A DNA stretch of 64,000 nucleotides from Thermoplasmatales archaeon SW_10_69_26 (lineage in GTDB: Archaea > Thermoplasmatota > SW-10-69-26), in the NCBI GenBank assembly GCA_003009755.1, contig PXUB01000029.1, positions 13,946 through 77,945 of the forward strand. The letters are read 5' to 3'. This document shows, in pieces, positions 27,614 through 37,812 of this stretch. A model generated the notes under the pieces. It had not been told where the DNA came from and did not search any database. It was given only the letters and a program-made list of their open reading frames with translations. A program made the position numbers and the translations under genes. Numbering within the stretch: position 1 is the stretch's first letter; each line of letters starts with the position of its first letter.

Positions 27614-28609
27614 TTGGTCACGATTGCATTCATTCCGGGGCTCGCCTCGGCGGCCAATCACAGCGACGAGCTCGGGACCTTCGAAAGGGAGGGGGATCGG
27701 TTCGTCGGAGAGGAGACTGCGTTCGCTCTCGACGAGGACCTTCCCGGGATACGGAACCTGACGGACCAGACCACGGGCGAGGTCGTCTTCGACGAGGTTC
27801 GTCTGGCGGAGCCGGGGGCGATGGACTGGACGATCGGCTTCGATACTTTCACGCTCTCGGCTCAAGACCGCCCGGGCCTGCTCATGGTCCAGGACGACGC
27901 CCCGCCCACCTTCCGCGCCTGGTTCCCGGGAGACCAGCAGGGAGTCTGGAACCTTTCCCTCGCGCCCGGGATCTCGGTCCAGCCAGTGGACGAGAGCAAC
28001 CAGAAGACGCTGATGTCCACCCACGACACATCCTACGAGCTGGACTTGACTAGCAGCAGGATCACCTACCTCGTCGGACAGGGGATCGAGTACGACCCCC
28101 CAAAGCGGGTCTTCACCGTTCGCGACCTCTCGCTCGTATACCAGGCAGACCGCGTCACCGTCGAGGGCGACGACGAGGGCTGTCGGGAGGGGCCGGTATG
28201 CATGCGGTTCCAGGGGTTCCCAAAGAACCCGGCGCCCGGGGATTCGGTTCAGCTCCGCTTCGAGAACGAGGGAACCGACACGCATGGCCTCTGGGTGGCC
28301 GCCAGCGAACCCCTCGACGGGACGAACGCGTCCCCAGAGGAGGCGATCGCAAGCATCGAGGAGGTACCTCCCGGCCAGACAGCATCCGTCAACTTCACCG
28401 TTCCCGACGGCGCCGAGAGACTGTACCTGTGGGACGACCGAGACGACCACGAACAGCGGGGGGAATCTCTGCGGTGGGAGCTCGAGAGCGCCTCGCCCGG
28501 CGGAAACTCCGGAGAGGTGGAGGATCGGACGAGTACCCCTTCGGCGGGCTGGCTTGCGTTCGCTGTCTCCTCGATCTCGGCCGCGATCCTCCGGACCCGA
28601 TGGACGTAG
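27614..28609 (+). CDS. secreted protein with a cupredoxin-like domain and C-terminal anchor
   Basis: Signal peptide; FENEGTDTHGL...VPPGQTASVNFTVP...YLW...HEQRG; TP-hydrophobic-RxR tail; start uncertain. Confidence 0.65.
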   Translation: MVTIAFIPGLASAANHSDELGTFEREGDRFVGEETAFALDEDLPGIRNLTDQTTGEVVFDEVRLAEPGAMDWTIGFDTFTLSAQDRPGLLMVQDDAPPTFRAWFPGDQQGVWNLSLAPGISVQPVDESNQKTLMSTHDTSYELDLTSSRITYLVGQGIEYDPPKRVFTVRDLSLVYQADRVTVEGDDEGCREGPVCMRFQGFPKNPAPGDSVQLRFENEGTDTHGLWVAASEPLDGTNASPEEAIASIEEVPPGQTASVNFTVPDGAERLYLWDDRDDHEQRGESLRWELESASPGGNSGEVEDRTSTPSAGWLAFAVSSISAAILRTRWT

Positions 28610-29099
28610 GTCTGGTCCCGACAGGATCCCCCAGCATAACCGCCATACCCAGTGGCCTCGATTCCAGATGCAGGGGACTTGGGTGGTGAGAGCGAGCCGG
28701 GTCCGACGCGTGGCGCAAGGAGTGGGAGATCCACGCAGGTGCCTACAATCGTTACATCAACTGGTCCCTCCAAGCGGTCGGAGGTTCCCCCTCGGGCGCC
28801 ACCCTCATCGGAGTCTATCTATTCCTCCGGGGCGGCGCCACCACAGCGTCACGGACACCGGTGGCCCCGTTCGTGGCTGGCCCTGCTGGCGTCGGGGTTT
28901 ACTTCTATAGCCACGATATCGGTTACGAGGCTGGTGTGAATCTCGCCGAATGCGGGGTTATCATCAATATCCCTGCTGATTTCGTCGAAATCGGGGGCTA
29001 GGCTGGCGAGACTCCGCTGAAGTAGCCGGGCAGGCGGCTGGGTGGCTCCTGCCATCTTCCCCAGTTTTCATCTTTTTTCCATTCTCGTTACTCGTGTGA

Positions 29100-29633
29100 A
29101 TGGTTCGGCCTGAATTGATCCTCGCTGTCGCAACCATCCTGGCCTCAGCCGGATGCATCGGCACCCCGGGCCAGGATACGCCAGCGGAAGCCGAACCCGC
29201 GGACGTCAACCAGGATCGAACCACGAACGCGAGTCGGCCCTCGAACACGACGATCGCCAAGCAGACGACGATCCTCGTCGGCTTCGAGGCGACCACCTGC
29301 GCCGACCAGGTTCCGCGGTGTGGCGGCGCGTTCTGGTCTTCCCAGACGCGCCCCTTCACCGTGTTCGGCATAACCGGCGAGAACGCGACCGTGAACGTCA
29401 CCGCGAACTGGACCCCGAGCACACCGCTCTCGGAGACGCTGCGCCTCACCGTCACGAACGCCGAAAACGAGATTCTGGTCGACGAGGCGGGACCCAGCCC
29501 GCTCGCCGCGACGTTCCAGGCCTCGGCCGGCGAGTGTACGGCCTCCGTCGGAACCGATCCCCAACCCCTGGCCAGCGCGACCGTGGACCAGGAGATCGCC
29601 TACGCGATCCGCGGCCCCGTCGACGAACGCTGA
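29100..29633 (+). CDS. hypothetical lipoprotein
   Basis: Lipobox SAGC, several N-x-S/T sequons, beta-rich. Confidence 0.7.
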   Translation: MVRPELILAVATILASAGCIGTPGQDTPAEAEPADVNQDRTTNASRPSNTTIAKQTTILVGFEATTCADQVPRCGGAFWSSQTRPFTVFGITGENATVNVTANWTPSTPLSETLRLTVTNAENEILVDEAGPSPLAATFQASAGECTASVGTDPQPLASATVDQEIAYAIRGPVDER

Positions 29634-30138
29634 CCACCACGCACCCCGGTCGCTAGCCCTCCCCCGTGAGGGGTCGAGCAGGCCTCCGCGCCGGCTCCGG
29701 CGAGCCCGTCCCCGACTTGCGCATAGAGGCAAGCGCCTGCTCGGGAAAGCCGACGGGGCCTTCCCCTAACTATACGAATACGAGGCTCGTCGCCGCCCCC
29801 GTGGACGCGCCCCTGGCCGCCGAGCGCACGATCGTCGACGACCGGCAAAAGCTCGCCATCTGGGCCAACGGTGAGCGCCACGTCGTCGAACCGCCGATCC
29901 TGCCCTACTGCTGCGCGAAGACGCCGTTCGACGAGGGCCCGGTGCGGGAACGCCAGCTGACGCGCAAGGCCCTGTCCACGCCCGAACCCGCCGAGTGGAC
30001 GAAGGCCATGACCCGATCATCTAGTCGCGGCACTACGTCCTCCGAGTCTGTGGAACGGCGCTCGCCGAAGCGCATATTGGCGGACAGCATAGCTCTTAGC
30101 CATGGGCGAGGCTCACGGGCTCGCGACGGCTCTGGAGG

Positions 30139-30648
30139 TCAGTGGTCGGCGCGGATCCGAGCGCCCACCTCGATCAGGCGCGGGGCGGGCTCGGTCTCCA
30201 ACAACTCGGCCAGCCGGTCCCACGTCCACGCCAGCGTGCGTTCCTCGACGCTGGGATCGTCGACGACGAGTTCGTCGTCGTCCTGGCGGAGGACGAGCAG
30301 GAACGGCGGTCCATCGCCCGGGCCCGACACGATGACGGGGCGGCGAGCCGCGAGCGCGGTCTCGACGGTGACCGTGTCGGCGGCCTCGTGGACCTGGAGC
30401 CCGGCCGAGCGCGCCTCGTCCGGGACCTCGTCGGGCTCGGGCGTGTGCAGATGGACGTGGTAGCCCAGCCCCAGGGCACGGTGAGCCAGCGCGGCGGCCG
30501 TCCGCGTGGCCTCGATCCGCTCGACGAGCTGGGCGGCCTCCCGCCCGTCGAGCGCGGCGGCCGCCATCGCGAGCGTCGCCGGGCCGGTCTCCTCCTCGGC
30601 TGCCCCGATCGGCGACGGCACCGTCAGGTTCGCGAGCGCGGGCTGCAC
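30139..30648 (-). CDS. C39 peptidase-like protein lacking catalytic residues
   Basis: EETGPATLAM (cf. xCGPAxLAM), RRPVIV, LVVDDP. Confidence 0.55.
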   Translation of the reverse strand: MQPALANLTVPSPIGAAEEETGPATLAMAAAALDGREAAQLVERIEATRTAAALAHRALGLGYHVHLHTPEPDEVPDEARSAGLQVHEAADTVTVETALAARRPVIVSGPGDGPPFLLVLRQDDDELVVDDPSVEERTLAWTWDRLAELLETEPAPRLIEVGARIRADH

Positions 30649-30774
30649 GGACCGGGGAACCCGCGGGAGCGGCTTGAGGCTTTCCCACGGCCAGCGCAGA
30701 CCGGATGCGCCGGCCGGTTGTAACTCGATGCGAACCGTCGATGGTCTTTTCATCGACTCGGTGGATACGGAGCC

Positions 30775-31185
30775 GTGTCGAGGAACCGTTCGGGAGGCTC
30801 GGCCGGAGGAGCTCGTCGATCGATCGTCCCTCTCGTGCTGGCGATCGGTCTCGTCGCGATGACGATGGCGCCCGTCGCGGCCGCCGACCACCAGGACATC
30901 GTGATCAGCATCTCCGTCCCGGGGGGAATAGTATGCGTCGGGACGATCGAGGACGATCAGACGGTCGGTCAGGCGGACCGCCCCGGCCCGAACGCGACCG
31001 TGACGGTCCAGGGCGAACCCGTGGTCGCCTCCGAGGGCCCCGAGGGAAGCACGGTCTGGGTGAGCACGCCTTCGTTCGGCCTCGCCGTCGACGGGTCGGT
31101 CACCGCGGAGGCGACGACCCCGAGTGAGACGGTGTCGTCGACCACGGTCGTCGACCCCGTCTCCGTCGGTGTCTGCATCCGATAG
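30775..31185 (+). CDS. small secreted hypothetical protein
   Basis: RR plus hydrophobic signal ending AAA; two Cys. Confidence 0.55.
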   Translation: MSRNRSGGSAGGARRSIVPLVLAIGLVAMTMAPVAAADHQDIVISISVPGGIVCVGTIEDDQTVGQADRPGPNATVTVQGEPVVASEGPEGSTVWVSTPSFGLAVDGSVTAEATTPSETVSSTTVVDPVSVGVCIR

Positions 31186-31236
31186 CGACCGTCGCCCGAA
31201 CAACCTTGAAGCCCCCGACCCCATGCCCGGCCACGG

Positions 31237-32451
31237 ATGTCCTCGACCGTGGCCTGGACGCGGAAGCTGCTGCGCCACTACTACCGGCGCAACCCCGTCT
31301 ACCTGCCGCCGCGGTTCGGCCGGCGGGAGTACGGGTTCCTGTTCGTGGGCCAGGACGGCATGAAGCGGCACACGACGTTCGCCACGCGAGAGGACATCGG
31401 CGAGTTCCTCGCCGAGCGCGGTCCCGCCCACGCCTACTACTCGGCCGCCTACTACGAGCAGCCCGAGGCCTCCCGCATGGACGACAAGGGCTGGCTGGGG
31501 GCGGATCTCATCTTCGACCTCGACGCCGACCACATGCCCGGGCACGAGGAGATGACGAAGGCCGAGATGCTCGAGCAGGTGCGCGTCGAGGCCCTCAAGG
31601 TCGCCGAGGAGTTCCTCGTCGGCCACTTCGGGTTCGATCCCGAGGACATGAAGATCGCGTTCAGCGGGGGACGAGGCTACCACATCCACGTCACCGACCC
31701 CGTCGTGCACGAGCTCGGCAGCGCCGAACGGCGCGAGATCGTGGACTACGTGACCGGGAACGGGATCGCCATCAGCCGGCTCGTGCGCCGGGAGACGTTC
31801 AGCACCGAGGAGGTGGCCGGCCACGTCGACGAGAAGCAGCGCTGGCGGTTGCCGGCGGTCGGCGACCCCGGGTGGGAGGGGCTGTTCGCCCGCGAACTCG
31901 TCGACCTGTTGGACGAGTGGCGGCAGCTGCCGCGCGAGGAGGCCCTCGAGGCGTTCGGCGACCTGCACGGCGTCGGCGACAAGCGGGCCGAGAGCCTGGT
32001 CGACCAGCTCGACGAGGACGCGATGGCGGCCGTGCGCGAGGGGCGGGTCGACAGCGTGCCGGCGCTGGCGAACAAGACCGTGATCGAGGCGGTGACCGAC
32101 CGCGTCCGGCGGGCGGCGATCGGGGAAGCCGACGAGCCCGTGACCGCCGACGTGCACCGGCTGATCCGGTTGCCGGGCAGCCTTCACGGGCGCACGGGGC
32201 TGCGCGTGACGCCGTTGACGCTGGAAGGACTCAAGGACTTCGACCCGCTGGTGGACGCGATCGCGTTGCCCGCGAAACCCGTCACGCTGGAGCTCGAGGA
32301 GCCCGAGACCGGTCAGATCGGTGGCGAAAGCTACGATCTCCAGCCTGGCACGCACGAGGTGCCCGGCTACCTGGCCGCCTTCGTCGCCTGGCCCAGCGTA
32401 GGGACCACCAAGCCCGACCGACCCGTCGTCCGGGAGGGAGCCCCAGCGTGA
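31237..32451 (+). CDS. priS: DNA primase catalytic subunit
   Basis: REYGF, YYSAAYY, ADLIFDLDADH, FSGGRGYHIH, DEPVTADVHRLIRLPGSLHG. Confidence 0.95.
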   Translation: MSSTVAWTRKLLRHYYRRNPVYLPPRFGRREYGFLFVGQDGMKRHTTFATREDIGEFLAERGPAHAYYSAAYYEQPEASRMDDKGWLGADLIFDLDADHMPGHEEMTKAEMLEQVRVEALKVAEEFLVGHFGFDPEDMKIAFSGGRGYHIHVTDPVVHELGSAERREIVDYVTGNGIAISRLVRRETFSTEEVAGHVDEKQRWRLPAVGDPGWEGLFARELVDLLDEWRQLPREEALEAFGDLHGVGDKRAESLVDQLDEDAMAAVREGRVDSVPALANKTVIEAVTDRVRRAAIGEADEPVTADVHRLIRLPGSLHGRTGLRVTPLTLEGLKDFDPLVDAIALPAKPVTLELEEPETGQIGGESYDLQPGTHEVPGYLAAFVAWPSVGTTKPDRPVVREGAPA

Positions 32452-32996
32452 GCGACGACGAGGACGGCGTCAGCTACGAGACGATCAAAAGCCACCTCGA
32501 CCAGCAGAAGCGCTCCAACAAGCCGATCGAGGTCGCGGCGACGTTCTACGAGGAAGCCCAGGCCTACCTCGACCAGCTGCGGGAGGAGTACGAGGACGTG
32601 CACGCCCGCGATCCGGCCAGCAAGGAGGTGCAGATCCTGCGCGACGAGCTGTTCCGGGCCCGCGAGGCGCTCAACGACCTGTTCGACCTGCGCGCCAAGC
32701 GCATCCTCTCCCACACCTTGTCCGAGGACACCGAGATCGACGAGGCGGACCTGACGGCCGAGGAGCGGCTGCTGTTCGACAACGTGCAAGAGCAGGTGAG
32801 CAGGACCCGCGAGCAGGCGCTCGAGCGCGCCAAGCGCAGCAGCGAGCTCCGGGTCGTGCGCGTGCTCGAGGACATGCCCTCCTTCACCGGCGCCGATTTG
32901 CGCATCTACGACCTGGACGCGGAGGACATCGTGTCCCTGCCGGGCGAGACGGCCGAGCTGCTGATCGGCGAGGGCAAGGCCGCCGAGCTCGGCTAG
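32448..32996 (+). CDS. GINS subunit (Gins51-type)
   Basis: FYEEAQAYL...LR.KRIL...LT.EE A domain; VRVLEDMPSFTGADLRIYDL B domain; overlaps priS. Confidence 0.88.
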   Translation: MSDDEDGVSYETIKSHLDQQKRSNKPIEVAATFYEEAQAYLDQLREEYEDVHARDPASKEVQILRDELFRAREALNDLFDLRAKRILSHTLSEDTEIDEADLTAEERLLFDNVQEQVSRTREQALERAKRSSELRVVRVLEDMPSFTGADLRIYDLDAEDIVSLPGETAELLIGEGKAAELG

Positions 32997-33001
32997 GGCG
33001 C

Positions 33002-33346
33002 GGGACCCACGCGGGTCCGCTCGCGTCGAAGCTCGTCAGGCGGACATAGCCCTGCGCGAGGATCCAACAGCGTCTAAGGTCAGCAACGCTGGGGTCTGCG
33101 TTTCGGACGGATCGAAGATCCGTTCTCTCCCGAGGCGCCAGACGGTCGGCACCGGCGCCTCCGGACGCTGGCGACCCCAGTTTTCTTCCGGAGATCGGCG
33201 ACACCGTTCGGTCTCCGGAGAGGCCGAAGCTCCGCTTCGGCCGGATTGCGAGGGTTCCTGCCGCCAGGCGAACCCTCCATCTTAACAGCGAAGATTTCTT
33301 TTCCCCGGTCGAGAGGCGGCTGGGCCCCGTCGAAAAGAAGATCTTC
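33002..33346 (-). mobile_element. MITE-like repeat, family 2 (filled copy with 95 bp hairpin insert)
   Basis: Homologous to 17666-17913; extra 33186-33280 consists of three hairpins. Confidence 0.8.
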
Positions 33347-33822
33347 TATTCGACGAAGTCGCCCTTCGAGACGTCGGGCAGCTTGCGGAGGTCGGCGGCC
33401 TTGATCTCGAGCATGACGTCCTCGCTGCCGCCGCCGACGTACACCATGTCCTGGTCGAGCACGCGCTGGTCGATGAGCGTGCGGAGCGGGCGTTCGTGCC
33501 CGATGGGCGGTACGGCGCCGACGGGGTAGCCGGTGAAGGACTGGATCTCGTCGGGTTCGGCCAGGCGCACGTTCTCCTCGGCGTCGACGCTGACGTGGTC
33601 GGCGACCTTCTCGAGCGAGACGACGTCGGGGCCGCGCACCAGCACGACCACGGGCTCCTCGTCGGCGACCATGAGCACGATGCTCTTCCCGATCTGGTCG
33701 GCCTCCACATCGAGGGCGTCGGCTGCGGCTTGCACCGTGCTGGCATCCTGGAGCTGCGCGTGGAGGTCCGCCTGGATGCGGAGCTCCTCCGCTGTCCGTT
33801 CGACGTCCGAGGAGTCTCGCAT
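33346..33822 (-). CDS. YbaK/EbsC aminoacyl-tRNA deacylase
   Basis: QIGKSIV, TGYPVGAVPPIG, YVGGGS. Confidence 0.9.
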   Translation of the reverse strand: MRDSSDVERTAEELRIQADLHAQLQDASTVQAAADALDVEADQIGKSIVLMVADEEPVVVLVRGPDVVSLEKVADHVSVDAEENVRLAEPDEIQSFTGYPVGAVPPIGHERPLRTLIDQRVLDQDMVYVGGGSEDVMLEIKAADLRKLPDVSKGDFVE

Positions 33823-33895
33823 CGCAGCAGCCGTACTCGTCGATGCGAGAAGAGGTCTTCGGTTGCCGCCCTCGCAGGCGGCTGGCGCTGGGCCC

Positions 33896-35275
33896 TCACT
33901 CCTCGACGAGCTCGGCTTCACGCTCGGCCAGCGACAGGCGGACGGATTCGAGATCGAGCACGGTCGGGTCGGCGTCGGGATCGACGATGACGAGCGGGAC
34001 CTCGAGCTGGGATCGCAGCCGGCCGACGATGTCGTGCTCGCGCCAGGTCATCACGGTGTGCTTGCGTGGCGGCCCGAGCGCGACGGCGCCGCACGCGTGG
34101 CGGTCGACGAGCTCGGGGATCCGCTCGACGAAGTTGCCCGACTCCATGACGAGATCGATCCCGACGTCGCGACCGGCGGCGGTCGCTTGGAAGACCTCGG
34201 CGGCGCGCTCGCCCGCCCGTCGATCGTGGAGGGATGGGCGGGTGGGGATGTGGGCGAGCACGATGTTGGCGTCGAGGTGCTCGGCGAGGTCGATGATCGC
34301 GTCCGCCTTGCGGCGGGCCGGGCTGGGCCCGGACGTGGCCACGAGCAAGCGCCGAGGGCCCAACGTGGGTTGGCCCAGGTCCTGGGGGATCCCGGCCGCC
34401 GGCTCGTCCTGATCGGCCTTGTCGACCAGCGTGCGGTGGGGGTAGGGTACGGCGACACCGTTCTCCTCGAAGGCCTGCAGCGTGGCCTTGCGGAGGTCGG
34501 AGGCGATCTGGTAGCGGTTGCGTGTCTCCGAGGTGTGGCACCAAAGCTCCAGCTCGACGCCGCTGTCGCCGGCCTGCTGGACGAGGACGCGGGGTTCGGG
34601 GAACTCGAGCACGTGGTCGTGCTCGCGGGCGCCCTGCAGCATCAGGCGCTCGGCGAGGTCGACGTTGCTCTCGTAGCTGATCTCGACGGCGACCTCGATC
34701 CGCAGCTCGGGGTAGCCCTTGGTGAAGTTCCAGATCTCGCGCTCGTCCATCAGGCGGTTGGGGACGATCACGTACTCGCGGCGAGCGGTGAGTATGCGCG
34801 TCGAGCGCAGCCCGATCTCCTCGACGTCCCCCCAGTAGTCGCCGATCTGGATCCGGTCGCCGACCTCGAAGGGGCGGTCGGTGGCGAGCGCGATGCCGCC
34901 CATGATGTTGGCGACCGATTCGCGTAGGCCCAACGCCAGCCCGGCGCCGACGAGGCCGAGTGTGACGGCCAGGTCGAGGATGTTGATGCCGACGTAGGTC
35001 AACGAGAGGCCGATCCCCACGAACATCGTGAGCCCGAAGATCAGCCGGTCGGCGATCGAGGCGACCATCGGCCGCACCCGCTCCTCGGTCAAAAGGGTCC
35101 GGTCGAGGATCCAGACGATCCCTCGTGAGAGCAGGTAGAAGAGGACGAGGACGGCGACCAAGCGGGGGAACCGGTCGACGAACCAGGAGATCTCGCCCGG
35201 CGTCACCTCCAGCGGGCCGAAGAAGTACCGCTGGAGCCCCGTCACGAACCGGTCCCACAGGGAGCCCAGCGACAC
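33896..35275 (-). CDS. MscS mechanosensitive channel with C-terminal USP-like domain
   Basis: PFEVGDRI, VEEIGLRST, VPN, VPYPHR; C-terminal RLLVATSG...PLVIV. Confidence 0.88.
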   Translation of the reverse strand: MSLGSLWDRFVTGLQRYFFGPLEVTPGEISWFVDRFPRLVAVLVLFYLLSRGIVWILDRTLLTEERVRPMVASIADRLIFGLTMFVGIGLSLTYVGINILDLAVTLGLVGAGLALGLRESVANIMGGIALATDRPFEVGDRIQIGDYWGDVEEIGLRSTRILTARREYVIVPNRLMDEREIWNFTKGYPELRIEVAVEISYESNVDLAERLMLQGAREHDHVLEFPEPRVLVQQAGDSGVELELWCHTSETRNRYQIASDLRKATLQAFEENGVAVPYPHRTLVDKADQDEPAAGIPQDLGQPTLGPRRLLVATSGPSPARRKADAIIDLAEHLDANIVLAHIPTRPSLHDRRAGERAAEVFQATAAGRDVGIDLVMESGNFVERIPELVDRHACGAVALGPPRKHTVMTWREHDIVGRLRSQLEVPLVIVDPDADPTVLDLESVRLSLAEREAELVEE

Positions 35276-35357
35276 GGCGCCGTCCACCGTGCGGGGTCGG
35301 CAAAGACCTTCCGGGTTCGCCCCGCCCCGTCGGGTAGCGAGGGTCAGCTCGGAGACG

Positions 35358-36452
35358 TCACCGGGGGACCGACGCGCACAGCTTCTCCAGGGTCTCGAGG
35401 TTCTCCTTCTCGCCCAGTGCGACGAGCTGGTCACCGTGGCGCAGAGGCTCGCCGGGATCGGGGTTGAACGTCATCTCGCCTTCGGAGCCCTTGATCGCGA
35501 CGACGATCACGCCGGTGCGGTTGTTGATGTCGCCCTCCTGCAGCGTCAGCCCGTCGAGCGGGCTGCCGTTCTCGACCTGGATCTCTTCCAGGCTGAGCTG
35601 TAGGTGGTCGCGGGGCGTGGCGAGCTCGGTGAACTCGACGACGCTGGGCTTGATGGCGACCTGCACGATGCGGTTGCCGGCCGCCTCGAAGGCGGAGACG
35701 ACCTCGTCGGCTCCGCCGCGGCGCAGGTTCATCGCGGCCTTCTGATCGCTGGCCTGGGCGATCACCCGGATGTCCGGGTTGCTGTTCTTGGCGCTCATCG
35801 TGACGTACAGGTTGTCGGCGTCGGAGGGCAGCATCGCCAACAGCGAGTCGGCCCGGCGCACGCCGGCCCCCTCGAGCACGTCCTCCTCGGTGGCGTCCCC
35901 GATCAGGTAGGGGTGGCCGTCCTCCCGGAGCTCGGTCTCCCGGGCGGTGTCGGCCTCCACGATGCAGAAGTCCTCGCCGGCCTCCATGAGGCCGCGGACG
36001 ACCGGTTGGGCCGTCTTGCCGTAGCCGCACACGATGTAGTGATCCTCGAGTTCCTCGAGCTCTCGTCGCATCCTTCGTCGCCCCAGCATGTCCGCGAGCT
36101 CGCCCTCGACCACCATCTGGCCGATGCTCGTGAACGCGTAGAACACGGTCCCGATGCCGGCGAGGATGAGGAAGCTCGCGAAGAAGCGCGCTTCGCCGGT
36201 CAAGGGCGGGTTCACCTCGCCGTAGCCGACCGTCGAGAGGGTGATGACGGTCATGAACGCGGCGTCGGAGAAGCTCCAACCCATCGCCATGAAGCCGCCC
36301 GTCCCGACGACGACCCAGAGCAACAGCAGGAGCGTGGGTGGCCACAGCCCGCCGCCGCGCACGGACGCCAGGTCGGCGATCTTCTCGCCGAGCCACGAGC
36401 CGTTGCCGGGCCGGTGATCGTCGCGATCGGGGTCGGCGATGGCGTCGTCCAT
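35358..36452 (-). CDS. 2TM potassium channel with RCK (TrkA-N/C) domains
   Basis: TVGYGE selectivity filter, CGYGK, GDAT, TrkA-C. Confidence 0.92.
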   Translation of the reverse strand: MDDAIADPDRDDHRPGNGSWLGEKIADLASVRGGGLWPPTLLLLLWVVVGTGGFMAMGWSFSDAAFMTVITLSTVGYGEVNPPLTGEARFFASFLILAGIGTVFYAFTSIGQMVVEGELADMLGRRRMRRELEELEDHYIVCGYGKTAQPVVRGLMEAGEDFCIVEADTARETELREDGHPYLIGDATEEDVLEGAGVRRADSLLAMLPSDADNLYVTMSAKNSNPDIRVIAQASDQKAAMNLRRGGADEVVSAFEAAGNRIVQVAIKPSVVEFTELATPRDHLQLSLEEIQVENGSPLDGLTLQEGDINNRTGVIVVAIKGSEGEMTFNPDPGEPLRHGDQLVALGEKENLETLEKLCASVPR

Positions 36453-36625
36453 GAGCGGTCTCCGTCGGCGGTCGGAACCGTCAGCGGCTCAGGCCGAGGT
36501 GCTGGGAAAAGCGTTCCGTCTCGTCCCCGGCCCGGGGGTCGGCGTCCTGCAGACGAACCCTGGTACGAAGCCTTATGCCGACCCGGCTCCTTGGATTGCC
36601 ACCCTGGCTTCCAGGGGTGGCCTCC

Positions 36626-37357
36626 ATGGTGGACGTGCGCCTGCTCGCGATGACCGACGACCCCGAAGAGCTCGTTTGCCGTTGCGCTCGCAACGACTAC
36701 TACGACGGCAAGATCCCCGACGACGATTTCCCGACCGTCATGAACGGCGTCGGCGGGGACACGGTCGACGAGAAGCAGGCCACGCTCGTCAAGAAGCTCA
36801 TGCTGCGGGGTCACTGGGGCGTCTTCGAGCACCCGCAGATGACGCTGTGGTTCCGCGTCTCTCGCTCGTGCATGGCGCAGATCACCCGCCACCGCCACGT
36901 CAGCTTCGACATCCAGTCGATGCGCTACGTCGACTTCTCCGAGGTCGACCCGACGAGCGAAGAGGACATCAAGCGCCCGCGGACCTGGGATCAGGAGAAG
37001 GTGTCCACGCGGGAGGGCACGCGAGCGATCGAGGGGCCGGTCGAGGAGCGCCGCGAGCTCATCGACGAGACCTACGAGCGGTGCGTGGAGGCCTACAACC
37101 AGCTCGTCGACGCCGGCATGCCGAAAGAGGACGCCCGCATGCTGTTGCCGATCGGGACGAAGGTCAACATCACGGCCAGCATGAACGTGCGCGCGGCCCT
37201 GCACATCATCAGCATGCGGGGGGCCGGCGACGCGCAGGCCGAGATCCAGGAGCTGGCCGACGGGGTCCGCGACGTGCTCGAGGAGCACATGCCGACGACG
37301 ATGCGCATCTGGAACGAGAACCAGAAGGCGATCGAGCGGCAGCGCTTGTCGCCATAA
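36626..37357 (+). CDS. thyX: flavin-dependent thymidylate synthase
   Basis: GHWGVFEH, RHRHVSFDIQSMRY, EDAR.LLP, AQAEIQ. Confidence 0.95.
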   Translation: MVDVRLLAMTDDPEELVCRCARNDYYDGKIPDDDFPTVMNGVGGDTVDEKQATLVKKLMLRGHWGVFEHPQMTLWFRVSRSCMAQITRHRHVSFDIQSMRYVDFSEVDPTSEEDIKRPRTWDQEKVSTREGTRAIEGPVEERRELIDETYERCVEAYNQLVDAGMPKEDARMLLPIGTKVNITASMNVRAALHIISMRGAGDAQAEIQELADGVRDVLEEHMPTTMRIWNENQKAIERQRLSP

Positions 37358-37524
37358 GGGCAGAGAGCGGCGGGCCCGAGCCCTCAGATAGGAGCGAACA
37401 GACACCCAGGATGCACACGGCCAGGAAGCCTCGGACACAGAGGGGCCAGAGGACGACAGAGGTCGGCGACGGTGACTGGGGCCGTCGTTAAGTAGGAGGG
37501 GTTGGCAAGCCTTGCTCGTGGCTT

Positions 37525-37812
37525 ATGTCCTCACCTGTTTCCTCCCTCAGCTCCAAGCCCGTGCGCGATGCCCGTGACCGTCCCTTCGGCCGCGTCGCCG
37601 GGTCCCAGGTCCAGCCCGACACGCGCGGGCCCTCCTGGCTCCTCGTCGAGCTCGCTCCGGAGGCCGCCGGGGAGCTGAACGGCGAGGGCCGGTTCTGCTG
37701 GCTCCCCTATGCGGCGGTGGGCGGCATCCGCCGGGATGCGGTCAGGTTGGCCGAAAGCGCCGGCCTGGTGCTCGAGGAGGTCGACGGACCGGTCTCGCGG
37801 CCGCAGCCCTAA
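37525..37812 (+). CDS. PRC-barrel-like protein
   Basis: [17 protein letters not shown]...WLLV...[16 protein letters not shown]. Confidence 0.55.
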   Translation: MSSPVSSLSSKPVRDARDRPFGRVAGSQVQPDTRGPSWLLVELAPEAAGELNGEGRFCWLPYAAVGGIRRDAVRLAESAGLVLEEVDGPVSRPQP

